Part shown: positions 28,602 through 32,000 of the stretch, piece after piece
Position numbering within the stretch: the first letter of the stretch is position 1
How the letters are laid out: every line of letters begins with the position of its first letter
Source of the DNA: Cupriavidus necator
GTDB lineage: Bacteria > Pseudomonadota > Gammaproteobacteria > Burkholderiales > Burkholderiaceae
DNA: 32,000 nucleotides
Assembly: GCF_016127575.1 (NCBI RefSeq)
Contig: NZ_CP066018.1
Span: 2,130,001-2,162,000, forward strand
Direction of reading: 5' to 3'
Translations under genes and position numbers: made by a program
The notes under the pieces: generated by a model
Told to the model about the DNA's origin: nothing
What the model saw: only the letters and a program-made list of their open reading frames with translations
The model's database searches: none

Positions 28602-30635
28602 ATGTCCGCCCTTGCCCATCCCGCCACAAGCCCTTTTGCTTCCCAGCCCGCCAAGCTGATGGCCGACGCCATCCGCGTGCTTGCCATGGACGCCGTCCAG
28701 CAGGCCAATTCCGGCCACCCCGGTGCACCGATGGGCATGGCAGACATCGCCGTGGCGCTGTGGGGCCGGCACCTGAAGCACAACCCGGGCAACCCCCAGT
28801 GGGCCGACCGCGACCGCTTCGTGCTGTCCAACGGCCACGGCTCGATGCTGATCTATTCGCTCTTGCACCTGACCGGCTATGAACTGCCGGTGGAAGAGCT
28901 GAAGAATTTCCGCCAGCTGCACAGCAAGACCGCCGGCCACCCGGAATACGGCATCACCCCGGGCGTGGAAACCACCACCGGCCCGCTCGGCCAGGGCATC
29001 ACCAACGCAGTCGGCATGGCGCTGGCCGAACGCCTGCTGGGTGAAGAATTCAACCGCCCCGGCTACGACATCGTCAACCACCACACCTATGTGTTCCTGG
29101 GCGACGGCTGCCTGATGGAAGGCATCAGCCACGAGGCCTGCTCGCTGGCCGGCACGCTGAAGCTGAACAAGCTGATCGCGCTGTGGGACGACAACGGCAT
29201 CTCGATCGACGGCGACGTGGTGCACTGGTTCAATGACGATACCCCGAAGCGGTTCGAGGCCTACGGCTGGAACGTGATCCGCGGCATCGACGGCCATGAC
29301 GTTACCGCCGTCGACATGGCGATCTCGCAGGCCAAGGCCAGCGACAAGCCGACCCTGATCTGCTGCCGCACCAAGATCGGCAAGGGCGCCCCGAACAAGG
29401 AAGGCGGCCACGACGTGCACGGCGCCCCGCTGGGCGGCGCCGAAGTGCTGGCCACGCGCGAGGCGCTGGGCTGGGCCCACGCCCCGTTCGAAGTGCCGGC
29501 CGAGGTTTACGACGCCTGGGACGCCAAGGCCAACGGCCAGGCGCTGGAGCGTGCCTGGAACGCGCTGTTCGATGCCTACGCCGAGCGCCACCCGTATGAG
29601 GCCGGAGAGTTCCGCCGCCGCATGAAGGGCGAACTGCCGGGTTCGTTCGACGCCGCAGTTGAGGCCTTTATCGCCAAGTGCGAGGAAAAGGCCGAGACCA
29701 TCGCCACCCGCAAGGCCAGCCAGAACACCATCGAGGCCTTCGGCCCGGTGCTGCCCGAGTTCCTCGGCGGTTCGGCCGACCTGACCGGCTCGAACCTGAC
29801 CAACTGGTCGGGCAGCCAGGCCGTGCGCGTGGATGCCTGGGGCAACCATATCAACTACGGCGTGCGCGAGTTCGGCATGAGCGCCGTCATGAACGGCATC
29901 ACGCTGCACGGCGGCTACATCCCCTACGGCGCCACCTTCCTGACCTTCTCGGACTACAGCCGCAATGCGCTGCGCATGGCGGCGCTGATGAAGATCCGCT
30001 CGCTGTTCGTGTTCACCCATGACTCGATCGGCCTGGGCGAAGACGGCCCGACCCACCAGTCGATCGAGCACGTTGCCAGCCTGCGCCTGATCCCGAACAT
30101 GGATGTCTGGCGCACCGCCGACACCACCGAGACCGCCGTGGCCTGGGCCGAGGCGATCCGCCGCGAGAACGGCCCGAGCTGCCTGATCTTCAGCCGCCAG
30201 AACCTGCCGTTCCAGCGCCGCGACGACGTCACGCGCGCCAATATCGCGCGCGGCGGCTACGTGCTGCGCGACAGCGTGAACCCGAAGACCAACCGTCCGG
30301 ACGCCGTGATTCTGGCTACCGGCTCGGAAGTCGGCCTGGCCGTCGGCGCCGCCGATGCACTGGCCGCCGAAGGCGTGCACGTGCGCGTGGTGTCGATTCC
30401 CGCGACCACCGTGTTCGACAAGCAGGACACCGCCTACAAGGCCAGCGTGCTGCCGGCCGGCGTGCCGCGCGTGGCGGTCGAGGCGGGCGTGACGGACTTC
30501 TGGTGGAAGTACCAGGTCCAGGCGGTGGTGGGCATTGACACCTTCGGTGAGTCGGCCCCGGCCGGCGTGCTGTTCAAGCACTTCGGCTTTACCGTCGACA
30601 ACGTTGTCCGAACGGTAAAGGACACCCTTATCTAA
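28602..30635 (+). CDS. tkt: Transketolase
   Basis: From ATG 28602 it reads [50 protein letters not shown]. The TPP motif [13 protein letters not shown] is present. 677 aa. Confidence 0.95.
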   Translation: MSALAHPATSPFASQPAKLMADAIRVLAMDAVQQANSGHPGAPMGMADIAVALWGRHLKHNPGNPQWADRDRFVLSNGHGSMLIYSLLHLTGYELPVEELKNFRQLHSKTAGHPEYGITPGVETTTGPLGQGITNAVGMALAERLLGEEFNRPGYDIVNHHTYVFLGDGCLMEGISHEACSLAGTLKLNKLIALWDDNGISIDGDVVHWFNDDTPKRFEAYGWNVIRGIDGHDVTAVDMAISQAKASDKPTLICCRTKIGKGAPNKEGGHDVHGAPLGGAEVLATREALGWAHAPFEVPAEVYDAWDAKANGQALERAWNALFDAYAERHPYEAGEFRRRMKGELPGSFDAAVEAFIAKCEEKAETIATRKASQNTIEAFGPVLPEFLGGSADLTGSNLTNWSGSQAVRVDAWGNHINYGVREFGMSAVMNGITLHGGYIPYGATFLTFSDYSRNALRMAALMKIRSLFVFTHDSIGLGEDGPTHQSIEHVASLRLIPNMDVWRTADTTETAVAWAEAIRRENGPSCLIFSRQNLPFQRRDDVTRANIARGGYVLRDSVNPKTNRPDAVILATGSEVGLAVGAADALAAEGVHVRVVSIPATTVFDKQDTAYKASVLPAGVPRVAVEAGVTDFWWKYQVQAVVGIDTFGESAPAGVLFKHFGFTVDNVVRTVKDTLI

Positions 30636-31718
<1,083 letters not shown>

Positions 31719-31741
31719 TCCGGCAGCTTCCGCAGTAAAGG

Positions 31742-31766
31742 AAAACGCGCCTTCGGGCGCGTTTTT
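31742..31766. terminator. Bidirectional intrinsic terminator between convergent gap and the flavin-reductase-like gene
   Basis: AAAACGCGCC-TTCG-GGCGCGTTTTT. Confidence 0.9.
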
Positions 31767-31787
31767 CATTTTCCGGCGCTGTGATAT

Positions 31788-32000
31788 TCAGCCAGCCGGG
31801 CGGGGCGCCAGTGGGCGCGCGTCGATTGCGTCGCCGTCCACCAGGAAATGGCCGCCAGCCACATGGTGGATGGTGCGCAGCGCATCATGGCCGTCGAAAT
31901 GCCAGCGCCCGTTGCTGAACACGCGCGAGTCCGCATGAGCGGCCACGACTTCGCCAAGGAACAGGTCGTAGGTCTGCTGCGTGGCCGGCTCCGGCAGCAG
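31788..32000 (-). CDS. Flavin reductase-family protein, C-terminal 70 codons only (gene enters from the right edge)
   Basis: My reverse-strand translation from 32000 reads LLPEPATQQTYDLFLGEVVAAHADSRVFSNGRWHFDGHDALRTIHHVAGGHFLVDGDAIDARPLAPRPAG, ending at the stop at 31790-31788. The LF.GEVV...RT.HH.G.G.F pattern matches flavin-reductase-like domain C-termini from memory. Confidence 0.6.
   Translation of the reverse strand: MLPEPATQQTYDLFLGEVVAAHADSRVFSNGRWHFDGHDALRTIHHVAGGHFLVDGDAIDARPLAPRPAG

Noticed and set aside
28572-30581. 669-aa minus-strand ORF
   Set aside because: It is antisense to transketolase and is a shadow ORF for the same reasons.
31766-31957. 63-aa minus-strand ORF from the track
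   Set aside because: It is in a different frame from the edge-truncated flavin-reductase-like reading frame (31788-32000), which gives a family-like translation. The 63-aa product is Ala/Trp/Arg-rich with no features.

Overview
High-GC, strongly GC3-biased betaproteobacterial chromosome segment. Protein sequences and gene order look Burkholderiaceae (Cupriavidus/Ralstonia-like); this is inferred from memory, nothing was searched. I call 30 complete and 2 edge-truncated protein genes, nearly all conserved housekeeping. Minus-strand block 1-7740: PfkB kinase (partial), tpx, a zinc-ribbon/DUF3426 membrane protein, prmA, accC, accB, aroQ, a TlpA-like thioredoxin and an NTase-like hypothetical. 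Plus-strand block 7943-16450: mpl, yqiA, ubiC, a FabG-like SDR, an RNB-domain ribonuclease, a TonB-C-domain protein, aroE and mtgA. Then follow corA, an EamA transporter, pyrF, pncC/cinA, pgpA, thiL, maeB, an RNase/barstar pair, yidB-like, rsmE, a VOC/glyoxalase protein, tkt, gap and a partial flavin reductase. I recognised no rRNA, tRNA, CRISPR array, transposase, integrase or phage gene. Convergent gene junctions carry clear bidirectional intrinsic terminators. The very long ORFs in the track that lie antisense to these genes are high-GC shadow ORFs and are rejected. The only accessory-looking module is a lower-GC cassette at about 25.05-26.43 kb. It encodes a secreted RNase Sa/barnase-family ribonuclease translationally coupled to a barstar-like inhibitor with an unusual N-terminal extension. 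I do not see a convincing novel multi-gene system. The findings are moderate or low interest: unexplained long leaders and spacers, candidate operators, and domain oddities.
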